From Podarcis cretensis (taxonomy: Eukaryota), in NCBI GenBank assembly GCA_951804945.1, contig OX638150.1, forward strand, positions 69,130,001 to 69,194,000: a stretch of DNA of 64,000 nt, in the 5' to 3' direction. The notes under the pieces are model-generated. The model was not told the DNA's origin and made no database searches. It saw only the letters and a program-made list of their open reading frames with translations. The translations under genes and the position numbers were made by a program. Positions 1-12,710 of this stretch are shown piece by piece. Position 1 is the stretch's first letter, and each line of letters opens with the position of its first letter.

Positions 1-1723
1 CGCAGGCGCTGAAGCCTGCGGACTTGGTGACTCGGCGGGCACCTAAAGCGCCCCCGACCCACGAAGAGCCTTTTTAAAGGCTGCGGAGAGGGTACGGGGA
101 GCGGCGTGGTGCTGTGAGTGGACCGCTACTGCAGTGGAGCGAAGCTGCGAGCCATGGCCGGAGACCGCTGACTTTCTTCCCTGAAATTCGGACTTTAATT
201 AATCCGTGAGTAGAATGGAATTTGGACTTTAAAATTTCTACCCTTGAATTCGGTACGATCGGGGGATGTGCTAAAGGGAAGTCCGCACCCCCCTGCTTAC
301 AGAAGATTTAAAGCAAGGATCGGAGAACTAAGGTGGAGAGTTTTTTCTTTTTGGTGTTTTTTAAAAGATAATATTTTCATGAATTTGACAGAAGAAGATT
401 TGTGCTGGAGAGTAAGAGTGGAATTTTAGAAGCTTTTGTTTAAACCCCCCCCCCAGACCCAGGAGTGTCCTGTATGTGAGCTGGAGAAAAAGGAACAAGG
501 AGTTTGACAGCTGTCAAAGGAGCTGTCAAACGGGCAGTGAAAGTTAAAAATCTTATTATTTAACACCTTTCTGGACTAAATTTGTTATATTTGAATTAAA
601 GTGGTTGGGAACAAAGTAGTGAAATAACAAAGTAACGGACTGTTAGGAAAAGACTATTAAGTAACCAGAATCCCCCTAGGGGAAACATTGAAACACTACA
701 ATGGCTGCAGATGGAAAATTACAGGCAGAGATAGAAAGAATGTTTTTTCTCGTGGGAAAGTTGCAGGAGCAGACTACGGCTATGAGTAAACAACTTATAA
801 CCTTGAACTCTAAAATAAGTGACTCTGCTGAATGCACAATGGACTTGACCGGGAAAAAATCTGCAGCTGAATTAGAAGAGATAACTTCGGAACAGGAGGA
901 GAGGGAACAAGGGCCAGTACAGATGGAGAGTACCAACCAGAAGTCTACATTGTCAGAACACAAAGAAGAAGACCTTTGGATTACAAATCTGCGAAAGATG
1001 CGAAAGAAGAGGGAGGAAGCCCCTGGAACACTTGGAATATTTGAATTTAAAAGAAATAAGAAATATGATTGGGGCTTCCTCTTTGAGTATGGATTAGCTG
1101 ACCTTTCGCAGCAGCTGGTACCAAGTACTTTGGATGGAAGAAAATCTGATGAGACTGAGCTAGAACTCCTTCGAGACCCGAGGACCAACAAAGAGGGCTA
1201 CCAACAAAATCGGCAGAGAGAGACTGACAGAGATTTAAAGGCCTCAGATGTGAGGAATCCAGGCTAAAAACTGTTTTTGTGGACATGGGGATATTGGGAA
1301 GGGACAGAAACCGGGGCGGGGGGGGGGAAGAATTTTTTTAAAAATGTTTATGACCTTTGTGTTTGATTATTATGACCTATTTTTAAGATAAAAGGGAAAT
1401 TCGTGGAAGGAATTCGAGTCGACCTTAGAAAAGGATTTAATATTTATAAGAAAACTGGATAAGTAAAATTTGGCCAAGTAATAAGAATTAAGTATTTCTT
1501 TAAAAATATATATATATAATAATAATATGTAAAGGATGAGAGATATGAACTTGCTGAGCTAATTTAATTGAATTAGGATGTATGAAGGGGGGGTGGGGGG
1601 AGGTCAAGAACTGGGGTTAGGAAAGTAAGGATATGAAACTTTATATGTGTTGTCTTTGTCTGTGTGTGTGTGTCTGTGTTTATAAAATGTGAAAACTCAA
1701 TAAAAATTTTATAAAAAAAAAAA
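1..1723 (+). mobile_element. Short non-autonomous L1-derived retroelement (half-L1/HAL1-like); 5' end may lie outside the window
   Basis: CpG-rich 5' segment (1-300), one 188-aa ORF, G-rich then T-rich 3' UTR resembling squamate L1 ends, AATAAA at 1699-1704 and A-tail to 1723; no RT or endonuclease sequence. Confidence 0.6.
701..1267 (+). CDS. Element-encoded ORF with predicted N-terminal coiled coil (L1 ORF1-like, truncated)
   Basis: Uninterrupted 188-aa ORF, ATG in good context (acaATGG), heptad-like LQAEIERMFFLVGKLQEQTTAMSKQLITLNSKI, E/K-rich; homology not verified. Confidence 0.4.
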   Translation: MAADGKLQAEIERMFFLVGKLQEQTTAMSKQLITLNSKISDSAECTMDLTGKKSAAELEEITSEQEEREQGPVQMESTNQKSTLSEHKEEDLWITNLRKMRKKREEAPGTLGIFEFKRNKKYDWGFLFEYGLADLSQQLVPSTLDGRKSDETELELLRDPRTNKEGYQQNRQRETDRDLKASDVRNPG

Positions 1724-2014
1724 TCAAACTTCCTCACATGTTGAGCTTCACAGGTAGATAGTAGTAGAACAAAGGCTTGATTACCTAGTCCCTCTCAAGG
1801 TGAGCTAAGCTTGGCAGAACAGCTTACTCTATGGTTTTTACACTTTCATGCATTAATTAGACCTAAGCATGTTGGTTATATGAGACTGGTTATCCCACAA
1901 GAATGTCATGGACCCCAATTAATCAGTGTGAATAGAAACCCATGCAAACCCTGTAGAATCCAAGGAACCCTTCACTACATTTGCCCAGTATGAGCAATAG
2001 CAGAAAAGCCCTTA

Positions 2015-2183
2015 GGGGGAGGACTGTAGCTCAGTGGTAGAGCATCTCCCTAGAATGCAGAAGGTCCCAAGTTCAATTCCCAGCTTCTCCAGCAGGGGTT
2101 GGGAGAGATTCCTGCTTGAAACCTTGGAGAGCTACTGCCGACCAATAGCCTGACTCAGTTTAAGGCAGCATCCTATGTTCCTA
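2015..2183 (+). mobile_element. tRNA-derived SINE (Squam3-like)
   Basis: A box TAGCTCAGTGGTAGAGC, B-box-like GTTCAATTCC, body CCTGCTTGAAACCTTGGAGAGCTACTGCC, tail AAGGCAGCATCCTATGTTCCTA. Confidence 0.8.
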
Positions 2184-3635
2184 AATAGAGTCATCTTGGC
2201 TAGTCTGGAATGTGCACTAGTCTAATAGCATGAATGTTAGATCTTACAGCCATATTCTTCTGCTTACTATCACTCTCTTTGGGTAGGGAAAGCAAAGGAA
2301 GGATGCAAGGAAAGGGAACAGGACCCTCAGTACATAAAGGGAGCAAATTAGTGGCTGTATCCTGGCATTTGAAAGAGGCTAGTGTTGGGTGGGTGCCCTA
2401 TAATTTGCCTGATGCCACCTGTGCTTTGTGCTGTGACTCACACATGAATCACTCTCCAGTTGCTAATTCACACATCAAAATCACTGTTCCTTTCTGCTGG
2501 GTGGGTGGAAGAGAAGAGGCCACGGTGCGTAGGAAGGGGCCTAACCAGGATGCCCTTTCCCTGGGAAAGAGGAGCGAAAGGGATGCATGCACTGTGTCCT
2601 TATGACAAATTAAAACAACGCTGGGATGGCAATTCATCACCTCTCTTCACACAGCACTGCTTTGCCCAAGAACTCTTCTGTCCCTCTATTATTGTGAAGA
2701 ATGACAACACTGGGGTTTATCTTTAAGCCAAGGCTAAAGCTTAAAAATGGCTCTTGTCCCTTCAGTTGGGTTTGTAATGCAAACACAAAATCTACATCAG
2801 CTAAAATGCTTGCTCACATTACTAACATCCACTAGAATGATGTCCGGAGAATAATATCTTGTAACTCCCCACAAGCATTATTCCACAATCTATTGCTGTA
2901 CCCTGTGGAGCCCCCCACCTCCAATTGCTCTACCCTTTCTGATTTTCACCATAGAGAGTTCATGAGTTGCACATCTTAGAGTCTCCTCTAAGGAGACATG
3001 TATATTCCACCCTTGGAGAGCTGCCTTGCATGCCTGACACATGTACAGGGGAGATACGCACATTCTTTCTTTGCACAAGACCCAGAAGCACAAGCACTGG
3101 CTTCACGAGACTCAAGTGTTCTATGACCACATTTTAGAGATCTGAAAAGTCTTGTCCTGTTCAACCTACTATAAGCCTACTATACAGAGTCACAGCTGTT
3201 GCTCCATCCAATTTTGGTTCTGGCCCTGCCCTCCACTGACATGTGGCCTCAGAAAGGAAAAAACTTTCCATGAAACCTGGGAGAACCATTGATGAAATTG
3301 ACTCCAGTCCAAGAAACCTTATGCCATAAATTTGTTAGCCTTAAATGTGCCATGGGACTCTTTGTTGTTATTGTAAGTCAGCACTGGGGCCAGTTGGATC
3401 TATGAGCATCTATGATGTTCAAAAATCGCCTTGTTTATGGTCTTCTACTTTCAAAGCCAATTGGAGGACATTCTTGCCTTTGCTGGAGTGGGTACAGTAC
3501 CATGCCTGGTTCACTGTGAGTGCTGCTAGAAATAAATATGAAGCATGAATAAATTCATAGCTCTGCTGGACACTATCACATCACTGTGTTTTCAAGTGAC
3601 TCTTGTAGACAGGGAAAAAAGATCACAATGAGCTC

Positions 3636-3738
3636 AGTTTGGTTCACTCACTGAAGGCAAACAGGAGGATTCCTAGGGGAAAGTGACGAGTCTGGTTCAC
3701 TCACTGAAGGTAAAAAGGATTCCTAGGGGGAAGTGATG
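3636..3738. repeat. Tandem duplication, ~50-bp unit x2
   Basis: AGT(T/C)TGGTTCACTCACTGAAGG...GGATTCCTAGGGG(A/G)AAGTGA at 3636-3688 and 3689-3738. Confidence 0.9.
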
Positions 3739-3859
3739 CGCCTGCTCAGGAGGAAGAGCTTATCTATTTCTCAGGAGCTTGCTTGTTTTGAAGAGCAAAC
3801 TTCCTATTCCATGGTATCATCATGCTCTGTCCCTAGACAAGTATTTCTCCCTCCAACCC

Positions 3860-4165
3860 TGTTATGTATTCAGTGGTCTGTGTTTGCCCAAGCTTGAGTC
3901 TGGACTAAGGTTTCTGAGCTCCTTTGTTCTGATTGGATACATGTTGTCCAATCACAGAACATTTCAGGATTTTGGCCTCTGCCACTGGCCCGTGATTTGC
4001 AGTTTGGAAGTGTAAGCAGCCAATCAAGTTGGGAGTGGGAGTGGCCCAGGCTTTCAGAAATGTATATAAGTAGTTGCTTTGCCTCTGTTTCCCAGTTATG
4101 TAGTTCAATAAAGGTTCTTGCTGCTATCACTGTGTCTTGCCTCGTGGGAACCCACCTACACTTCA
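3860..4165 (+). mobile_element. Solo LTR
   Basis: TG...CA termini, ACCC 4-bp TSD (3856-3859 / 4166-4169), CCAAT boxes, TATATAA at 4063-4069, AATAAA at 4107-4112 in U3-R-U5 order. Confidence 0.7.
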
Positions 4166-5413
4166 ACCCCCACCCCAAACATCATTAATTTCAGCAATGG
4201 GTGTGTTGAATCAGTTCAAAAAGTGAGACAGGTGGCTGATTAAAAATAAGATGATTCAAGTCAGGAAGAAATATTCCCCAGGGCACCTAATGGTATATCC
4301 ACACTACAAGACTTACACATAGGATTTGTACCTTGCTGAAGTGCAGAGACTTCTCTCAGAGGTGCTTAGCCCTGATAACAGAACTACAATTCCTATGTTC
4401 TTTGGGGAGAAAGGGAATGACCATTATATTACAGGCTTAAAACTGAGTTAAACACATCTCTTTTCTTTGGTTTCTCTTGTAGTGTACAATGTCAATCATT
4501 TCATTGACGTATATAACTATATTTAGTATATTAAAATATCTGCACTTTTCTTCCTTTTTCCTTTTGCGGCCTATGGACCCAGCAGGGAGAAGTGAGTTGC
4601 TTGTAACCAAATATTGTATTGGAAGAAGGTAGCAAAACAAACAAAATATGCCAAAGATCTATAGCATTAGGTTTCTGTACAGTATCAGGTTTGTAAGAAA
4701 CGATGTAAGTTTACAAACAACTCCCTATATAATCAGGGTAGGATCTTGCTCCAGATGGTCTACCTTAGGCAGGCTGCAGAGCCTTCTCTGCAGTGGTACA
4801 TCCTTTCCTTTTGAAGCCTGTGCAACTAGTTCCCCTCTGTCTTAAAAGTAAATAAAGGCAAACCCTTATTACTACTTTAACGAGAAGGGAGCAAGTGACC
4901 AGACATCTGAATTATAGCCTGCTGTTGGTTTCCTTGTTCTGCAGCTGTTTTCCCCCCTCTCTCCCTCTCTCCATATTCTATTGGCATTTTATCATTTTGC
5001 AAGTTGCCTCGAGGGCCCTCTGAGTTGAAAGGTGGGATAAAAACGGAAGCAAAACAATCACCATCATTTCCAGTGAGTCTGGGATCCTGCAATAATAACA
5101 GGCTGGGAAGACTAAGGTTGAGAGTAATGTTTTCTCAGCATGGAGGAAGAAATTAAGCTATCCCTAGGATGCAAAAGAAGGAATAGGAGATGTAAAGCAT
5201 GGCTGCAGCAGGCCACAGTGCACTTCACCGAGAGCTGGTGATTGCTGCCAAGGACATGCCTAGCTTGAGTGAATCATGAGCCCAGAGAAGTACCAACATC
5301 TCCTGACTGGATGTTCTGTCACCCTGTCTTCCACAATCATCCCCTTTCCCCACCCACATTCCCCTTTCTATCTAGAATTGTATGGTGGGTCTATATGAAG
5401 GGGGGGGGGGAGG

Positions 5414-5485
5414 CACAATGCTTCTAGTGCTGGCTGAATGGCCTCAGCCAATTGGCATCTGCGGTGCACCTGGTTGCTAGGCAAC
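5414..5485. promoter_or_regulatory. Motif cluster: SOX-like, palindromic CCAAT, two E-boxes, RFX X-box
   Basis: CACAATG 5414-5420; GCCAATTGGC 5447-5456; CATCTG and CACCTG; GTTGCTAGGCAAC 5473-5485. Confidence 0.45.
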
Positions 5486-7174
5486 ACAGAGGATGCAGAG
5501 AAAGAAAATGCTCCTTCCAGTAAACAGTGAGGTAGGAACAAGGGAGGGGGAGGGGGAGAGAGAGAGACCTAAAAATAGGGAAGGAATAAAAATAAAGTTG
5601 ATTAAAGCACCAGGATAGTGGGGTATCTACAGGATAAGGTGGGCTGGGGAGACAAAGAATCCTAGTTTGCAGGACCGATGTGTGTGTGAATACTAATGTG
5701 CTGGGCTCTCAATCTCTCAACATAATAAGCAGCCCAACAGCTTTCACAGGACTGGATGTGTTCTATTTCATTTTTTATCCAACACACTATGACATTGAAG
5801 CCACCACCCTGGATTTCTGTGTATATGAGCATGCTGATTTCATCATATATTTGTGTGCATAAAGGTTTGGATTTTGGGTGTGGGCATGCTATATTCTTTG
5901 GATTGGTATTTCACTAAAGAGGGTGGTTTATTGCACTAAACAATAGTTTCCAATAGTTTCTATCCATCTTCCAAACCACTGGGCTGTGTCAGTCGACACC
6001 ACTAGCCAAAGTACTTTCCTCTCCTCTGGCACATCATAGATTTTCTAATCCACCATGCCAAACCTGCTCCCAGCTTAGCCCTTGCCCTGAGAATTCCCAC
6101 TCCAACCCCAATTATCTCTCACCTTATTTCAACCACCTCTCATCTTCCTGTTTCCTAGCCCAGGCTTGCAAATAGCTATCACCTTGGTTGCCTGTGATAA
6201 GCATTGTCTCACAAGCAACCAGGCAACAGAAACTGGTGAAAAACTGGAATAATGTCTTATGGTACTTTTATCACAAATGACTAACGTAGAGAAGTATGTA
6301 TGGGCTGGTGTTCTACTAAGCGCCCCTACAAAGTGGTGTTTTTTTGTGGGTGCATTCTGTAGCATGTTGTTGACATTAGTGGTGGATTTATATGCAAGCT
6401 GGATGCTTCCCCAATGTTACGATATTATTGCTGTATGAAGGGGCACTCTTAGGTGAGCGGACAGGTGAGTAGTGAGTGCACAGAGGAAGAGGTGGGGGTG
6501 GCACTTTCTGTTTTGCCTATAGTGGCAAAATATCCTGGGTTGGCCCTGGATTTTGCTTTTTAGTTGAGAGCAACAGAAGAGCACATAGCATTCACCTCAT
6601 TTTATCAGCCAAGACCAGTGATGGTATCTTACTATCGTAAACCGCCTCAAACCCAGACTGCCATTCCCACCACTCCTGACCCCCCTTCCCTTTTCCCTTG
6701 TTTTCCTCCTTGTCTAAATCTAGCTCTATGGCTCTGAAAGAGCTTCATATATACTTTCAAAAGAAAGCAACAGGTGCCTTGAGCCCACAATCACCATGAC
6801 AACTGTGTGTTACACAAGAAGGATGTGAAATTATAAAGTGCCATATACCTCCTGGAGCTGCGAATAGCATCAGGAGATAGATAGACTGGGTTCTGGATAG
6901 GGCTCCCAGTCCATGACCTTAACTATCCCTTGCACATGTGCAAGCATGCATATACGGTGGTGGTAGCGAAGGAGAACATTGGTATTTGGAGGGAACCTCC
7001 TCAATTAAACTATGTAACATTATTCCTCTCTTTTTGGAGCAGGTAACAAACTGCCATGATTTATTTGTAAAAACATATATCTCTTGAGAATTAGTTGGCC
7101 TTGAATCACACAAAGTGTATGTTTTTCTATATGAGTGGTTCCCATGTTCAAGAAACAGGTCAATTGCCTGCCTT

Positions 7175-8335
7175 ATACAGAACTGCACTCCCCCTGAAGG
7201 AGCAGGTATGCAGCCTGGGTGTGCTTCTGGATCCTGCTTTGATACTGGAGGCCCAGGTAGCCACACTGGCTAAAAGCACCTTCTAACAGCTGTGCTTAGT
7301 TATACAGGGGTCAGCAAACTCTTTCAGCAGGGGGCCGGTCCACTGTCCCTCAGACCTTGTGGGGGGCCGGACTATATTTTTTTTGGGGGGGATGAATGAA
7401 TTCCTATGCCCCACAAATAAGCCAGAGATGCATTTTAAATAAAAGCACACATTATACTCATGTAAAAACACCAGGCAGGCCCCACACACGTAACCCAGAG
7501 ATGAATTTTAAATAAAAGGACATATTCTACTCATGTAAAAACACGCTGATTCCTGGACCATCCGCATGCTGGATTTAGAAGGCGATTGGGCCGGATCCAA
7601 CCCCCAGGCCTTAGTTTGCCTACCCATGGCTTAGTACATCAGCAACTGTTCCTGGACCAGAAGAGCTTGACCACAGTAGTCTAGGCAGTGGTGACTTCAA
7701 GACTGGATTACAGCATTGTACTCTATGTGGGGCTTCCCTTATGCTTGATGCAAAAATTGCAGCTATTGCAGAATGTTGCAGCATAGCTACTGACTGGAGT
7801 GAGACACTGTCAGCATGTAACACCTCTGCTTGGAGATCTGTACGGGTTGTTGATTTATTACCAGTCAAAGTTCAATTGGCTATTGGTATATAAAGCCCCT
7901 AACAGTTGGGGGCAGTTTACTCGGGAAATCTCTACTCCATATGCACCCACTCAACTGCTTCAATCTATGGAGCTGACACTGTTATAGGTGCCACATAATA
8001 CTTGCTCCACACTTTACAGAAATTGGTCTGTTAGTGTGGCAGCTGCTACACTTTGGAACTTGTTGCCTATTGACACCAGGTGGGAGCCTTCACTGTACTC
8101 TTTTCAGCACCAGCTCAAAATGTTTGTGCTTAGCCAAGCCTATCCAGACACATAGATGTTGATGTCTTTTAATATTTTTTTGGCTACTATTTATTTTAGT
8201 TATCTTTTAAATGTTTTTAATTATGTGTTTTTAACTTGTTTTTATTGGTACTTTTAGTATTTCTTGTAAACTACTCAAAAATTTTACTACAATCAAGTAG
8301 TCTATAAATTTTGTTAAATAAAAATAAAATAAAAT
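7175..8335 (+). mobile_element. L2 LINE 3' fragment (decayed ORF2), interrupted by a hAT MITE
   Basis: Translates to ALPLKEQVCSLGVLLDPALILEAQV, then remnants of SRLDY..LYVGLP and HVTPLL...LLVYKA; T-rich 3' UTR and A-rich tail. Confidence 0.85.
7305..7628. mobile_element. hAT (Charlie-type) non-autonomous DNA transposon
   Basis: Imperfect TIRs CAGGGGTCAGCAAACT / AGTTTGCCTACCCATG; GCTTAGT duplicated on both flanks; internal ~65-bp tandem duplication. Confidence 0.8.
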
Positions 8336-11300
8336 ATTCAGTTCTGTACAGAATCACATACAGGACATGCACAAAGTTGTCTGCTTGCTTTTTCACAAGT
8401 GGCAAACAGCTCCCAGGTTGAGCACTTGAGTGGCAAAACTCAAAAAAGCAAGAAAGCCGAAATTGACTGCCTCCAATTGAGGCTGCCTGTGTAATCCTCT
8501 TGACTTCTCTTTTGCCTTAAGGGCTAGCAGCCTGACATGGCAACCACGTCTTATGGTTCCTGGCAGATGGTGGCAGAGAATCACTCTGAGCACACAGATG
8601 TCAATGGCACCTGTCACTTTGCCTAGACCACTGGGGTCAGGAAAGACAGCTGAGTCACACAATATCAGATGAAGTGGTAAAATTGGTCCCGGACCGTTAA
8701 CAATTCCGACTACATGGGAAGGGACTTCATATATGAATGCTTCCCCATGAAAATGGTTCCCTGTGTATACCAAACTATGGTATATACATCCCTTGTGAAA
8801 GAGTTAGCAAATATGAAATTATGTTATAACTTTCCCATGATATCCTGTTGCCTCCATACAGGTAGTTTTATATATGACCCCTCACATGCAGTCTGGTACA
8901 GTCCAAGGTGGTTTCCACATTAGAGTGCTTTAGTATCCCTGAGGCATTGCTTTATGGTTAATTAGCTGGATGTGAAATTAAAGCAGAGGTTCCACGCAGA
9001 ACTTACTATGTCATTACATTATCCTGCAAAGCATTTCCTTGTGATCAATATGTTTATTCACAAGAAAATCCCACTTAGCAAAGGTCCTTTCCTGCATTAA
9101 TGACCTGTTTTGGGGTTTTTGTTGTTGTTGTTGAGTTCAGCTATAGGATTCATGATGAAATGCCCCTAGTTACTCCTTTTGGTCTGGTATCATCAGGTGC
9201 CAACAACACAGCATGAAGAATTACTGAGTTTGATGCATTCACCCCCACTTTGCATTTTTAAAACAGTACTGTAAAATGGCCTTGGCTGAAGCAAACCCCT
9301 TCAGCCTTGTTAATAATCTTGTTGTTTCTGTACATAGGTCTTCATTCCTCAGTTACACGAGGAAAAACAGCTTTAACTAAAGGTGCCCCCCCCCCCCCGG
9401 TTGAGGCAGCATGGGGCCTTGTACCAACAGCTGGTCCATCCTCCTTTCCCGGCTAAAAGAAGTAAGATTGGCAGGATAACAATAGGAGAAAGGGATGAGT
9501 AAGATGTTACTGATTGCCTTGGAAACGCATGCTCCCATTCCCTGTGCCAGAGAAGGCTGGCAGCTCAAGAGGAATTGTATTCATCCCCCACCCCCTAGCC
9601 TCCCTTCTCCCTTGTACTGGAAGAAGCATGGAAACATATGGCCCCCCCCACACGCCAACATTCTTCATTTATAGACATATGCCAGAGATCACACATAGTG
9701 CAACAGTTACACAGATTTTGCACACATGTCTTGCTCCAATTTACCCACAACTGCTGGGTTGTCAACCCTAACTATTCAAACATATGAGTGGGGACCCCCT
9801 GCCGAAAAGCTGAAATAATTGAATGATAAAAAAACTATTAGGATATCTTCTGAGAGGGGTTTGTGTGTTCGTGTTCTGGGTCTACAGCGAATGCTGTGCA
9901 AAATTTGCTAGGTTTCTTTTTTAAAAAAATATCTTATTAGGATTTCAAAATGGGAGGCTTCAAAAGCATATTTCAAAACCATAAATCCACAAATGCAGTT
10001 CAGCTCCCATGAGCACATGGGCTGCTTAATTTCCATACCACAGAAAAACAGAACAGCCTGGATTCAACATAACTTCCATCTTTTACACACCATTCAAAGT
10101 ACCCAAGGCCCATACCTAATGCCCTGTTTTAGCAATGTGAGCAGGGCAGGTGTCAATGTTGGAGGGGGCTATTTTTGAATACCCCACCCCACCCCAATGA
10201 ATAAATGGGTGGGAAATTTCCTGTGCCAGGTATAAATTGCGCTATTGACAGGACATGTGGCTGTAGATTTAAGGGGTTTAAAACACAGCAGAAGTGTGGT
10301 TCACCCCCTCAGCTATCCATGTCCCTCCCATTTCAGCTATTTTGGCAGTGCACCCGAAGTGTTCTCTAGCAACATCTATCACGGTGGTGGTGTACCTGAG
10401 GTTCTACCAAATCCATGTCCCATTTTAATTCCTGAGGCGGAACGGGAATGTGCTACCTCCTGTCCCCACAAACCCTGCCCCCTACTACACCACCCACTCC
10501 ACCCTTTCAACCACCATGCCCCCCCCTCACAGAAACGTGGCAAAAAGAGGGTATTCCACAAGGCCTTGGTGCTTGTTTTCTCTGCTCGGGGTTAGCAAAA
10601 ACAACACTACCCACTGGAACACCCACTGCTCTCAACAAATTGGGGGGGGGGGGGACAAGCTTAAAACTGCATATATTACCCATGCAAATTTCAAACATTC
10701 ATTCAGATTGGCCAAAAGGAAAGTAACTGGTCACGTCAAACTTCCTTGCTACAAAATCTGTAGTAAAATGCTCTACCCCTCCCTCCTTTAAAGACCAAAG
10801 GCACAAGGTAGAAATCTGCAGTTACAACAGATGTGGGGGAAACCCTTGAAAAGGAAAGGTGAGAAGCAAACAGAATAGACTTGGCAAGCCTGGAGTGACC
10901 TGCGGGACACACATCCAAAACTTGATTTGCTTGGCTGGCGTTGCATGGTGTTAGCACTGAGCATTCTCTCCTGTACAAAGGAACAGAGATGCCTGAAGCT
11001 ATGCTCCCCCACTCCACCCCTTCTTTCACACATGGCTGCCTGCTTTATCTGCAAGAGTGCTCTGCCAATTCCTGCAGGCAGCCGAGCAGAAAGGCCAAGC
11101 TCCAAAGCAGATGTGGTGCTGACAGATGAAAAGCAAAGTCTTGACTTCAGGAAGAAGGGGTGGGCTGGACCAAGGAAGAAGGGTTTTACACACAGACACA
11201 TACCTGTACCCAACTCCAGCTGCATAAATACCGCACATCTTTTTTGTGCACCAATGCAAATGGGGAGGCAAAGATTAAGGAAGCCCTGCTACTGAGAGTA

Positions 11301-12384
11301 TAATTATCTCTATTTCGCACCCCATAGTCTCTCCCCATCTCCATTGATTTGACTATTAACAAATCTGCTCTCTAAGTCACGTGCTGCTAGGAATACCCTT
11401 GAGCTGCTGGGGTTGGGAAAAGTGATCCACTGAAAGGTCCATAGGCTAAAAAGGCCCTTCTGGGGGTGGGGAACTGGCATTTTGCTCCCTCAGCAAATAA
11501 GCTAGGTTCAGCTCTGTGCACCCTCTAGGCTGCAGTTGCAGCCTGAGTAAACTCGCCGAGACCACAGCGTGAACTGACTTCAGAGCTGATGGGGTGGGGA
11601 GGGCATACCTCAGGCTCAGATAAAGCCCTCACATCCAAGGCAAGTTCCTCAAGTCTGAAGAACTCATCTCATGGAGTAGCCACTCCTTCCAGCGGCCACC
11701 CCTGCCAGAAGCTGAGCACAAGCCTGTTTTTGACGACATCTTCTGCCTCAGGCCCTTTTGAACCTTGGTTGCTAGAGCACAACTGGACACAGACACACCC
11801 CAAACTGTGGCTGTCTCAGAGCTAGGCCCAGGCCTGACAGGGGCCTGCTCTTGAATATATTCAAGATTAAATTACGCATGCACACACAAGATGGCTAGGG
11901 GTGGGGGGTGGGGAGAGAGGTAGCAGTACATTTTAAGGTCATTCGTTGTGGTTGCTTTGTATACAACATAATAAGCAGATGTATAGGTACTTCTGAAAAG
12001 TATTTTCTCTACTCGTGAAGTTGTGACGGCTTTCAAGCCATTCTGACAAGGAGCTCCCCAAGTCCCTGAAGTGACATTTCTCAGAAAGCAAGCACCACAC
12101 AGAGCGCCTGGAGATCTCTCCTGCATCCCTATGGAATACAAAATATTCTGGAAACGTGTAAGCAAACACATCGGCCAGACCACATCATTAATTCTCTCCT
12201 GATCCCCTTTGAGACACCTCTCACTTCAGTTTCTTGGAGAACAGCTGCCCCAAAGGATTAACAGCACATCTTAAGGCTGGAACATGCAGATATATTGAGA
12301 AGTAGTTTACACTTACTTTTTAAACACATTCTTCCTCAATTAAAACTTATTTACTCAGAAGGCTGAACAGAAAACATTTCCACT

Positions 12385-12710
12385 TAAGAAGAGGCCTGCT
12401 AGATCACATCCAAGGCCCATCTAGTCCAGCATCCTGTTCTCACAGGAGCCATCCAGATGTTTGTGGGAAACCCAAAAGTAGAACACAAACACAGCTGGTA
12501 TTCAAAGGCATACCTAACCATTCTGGCTAGTAGTCATTGTTAGCTTTATCCTCCATGAATTTGTCAATCCTCTTTTAAAGCCATCTAAATTGGTGGTCAG
12601 CACTGCATCACATGGCAGCAAATTCCATGTGCTGTGTAAAGAAGTACTTATTTTTGTCTTTCTTGACTCTTCCAGCGTTGAGCTTCAATAGATGACCACA
12701 GTTCTTGTAT
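12385..12710 (-). mobile_element. CR1 LINE 3' end, decayed
   Basis: Reverse CR1 3' motif AAGAAGAGGCCTGCTAGATCA...CCATCTAGTCCAGCATCCTG; similar to the copy at 33205-34210. Confidence 0.65.

Noticed and set aside
1410-1424. GAATTCGAGTCGAC resembling a vector polylinker
   Set aside because: Too short, embedded in a retroelement, with no flanking vector sequence.
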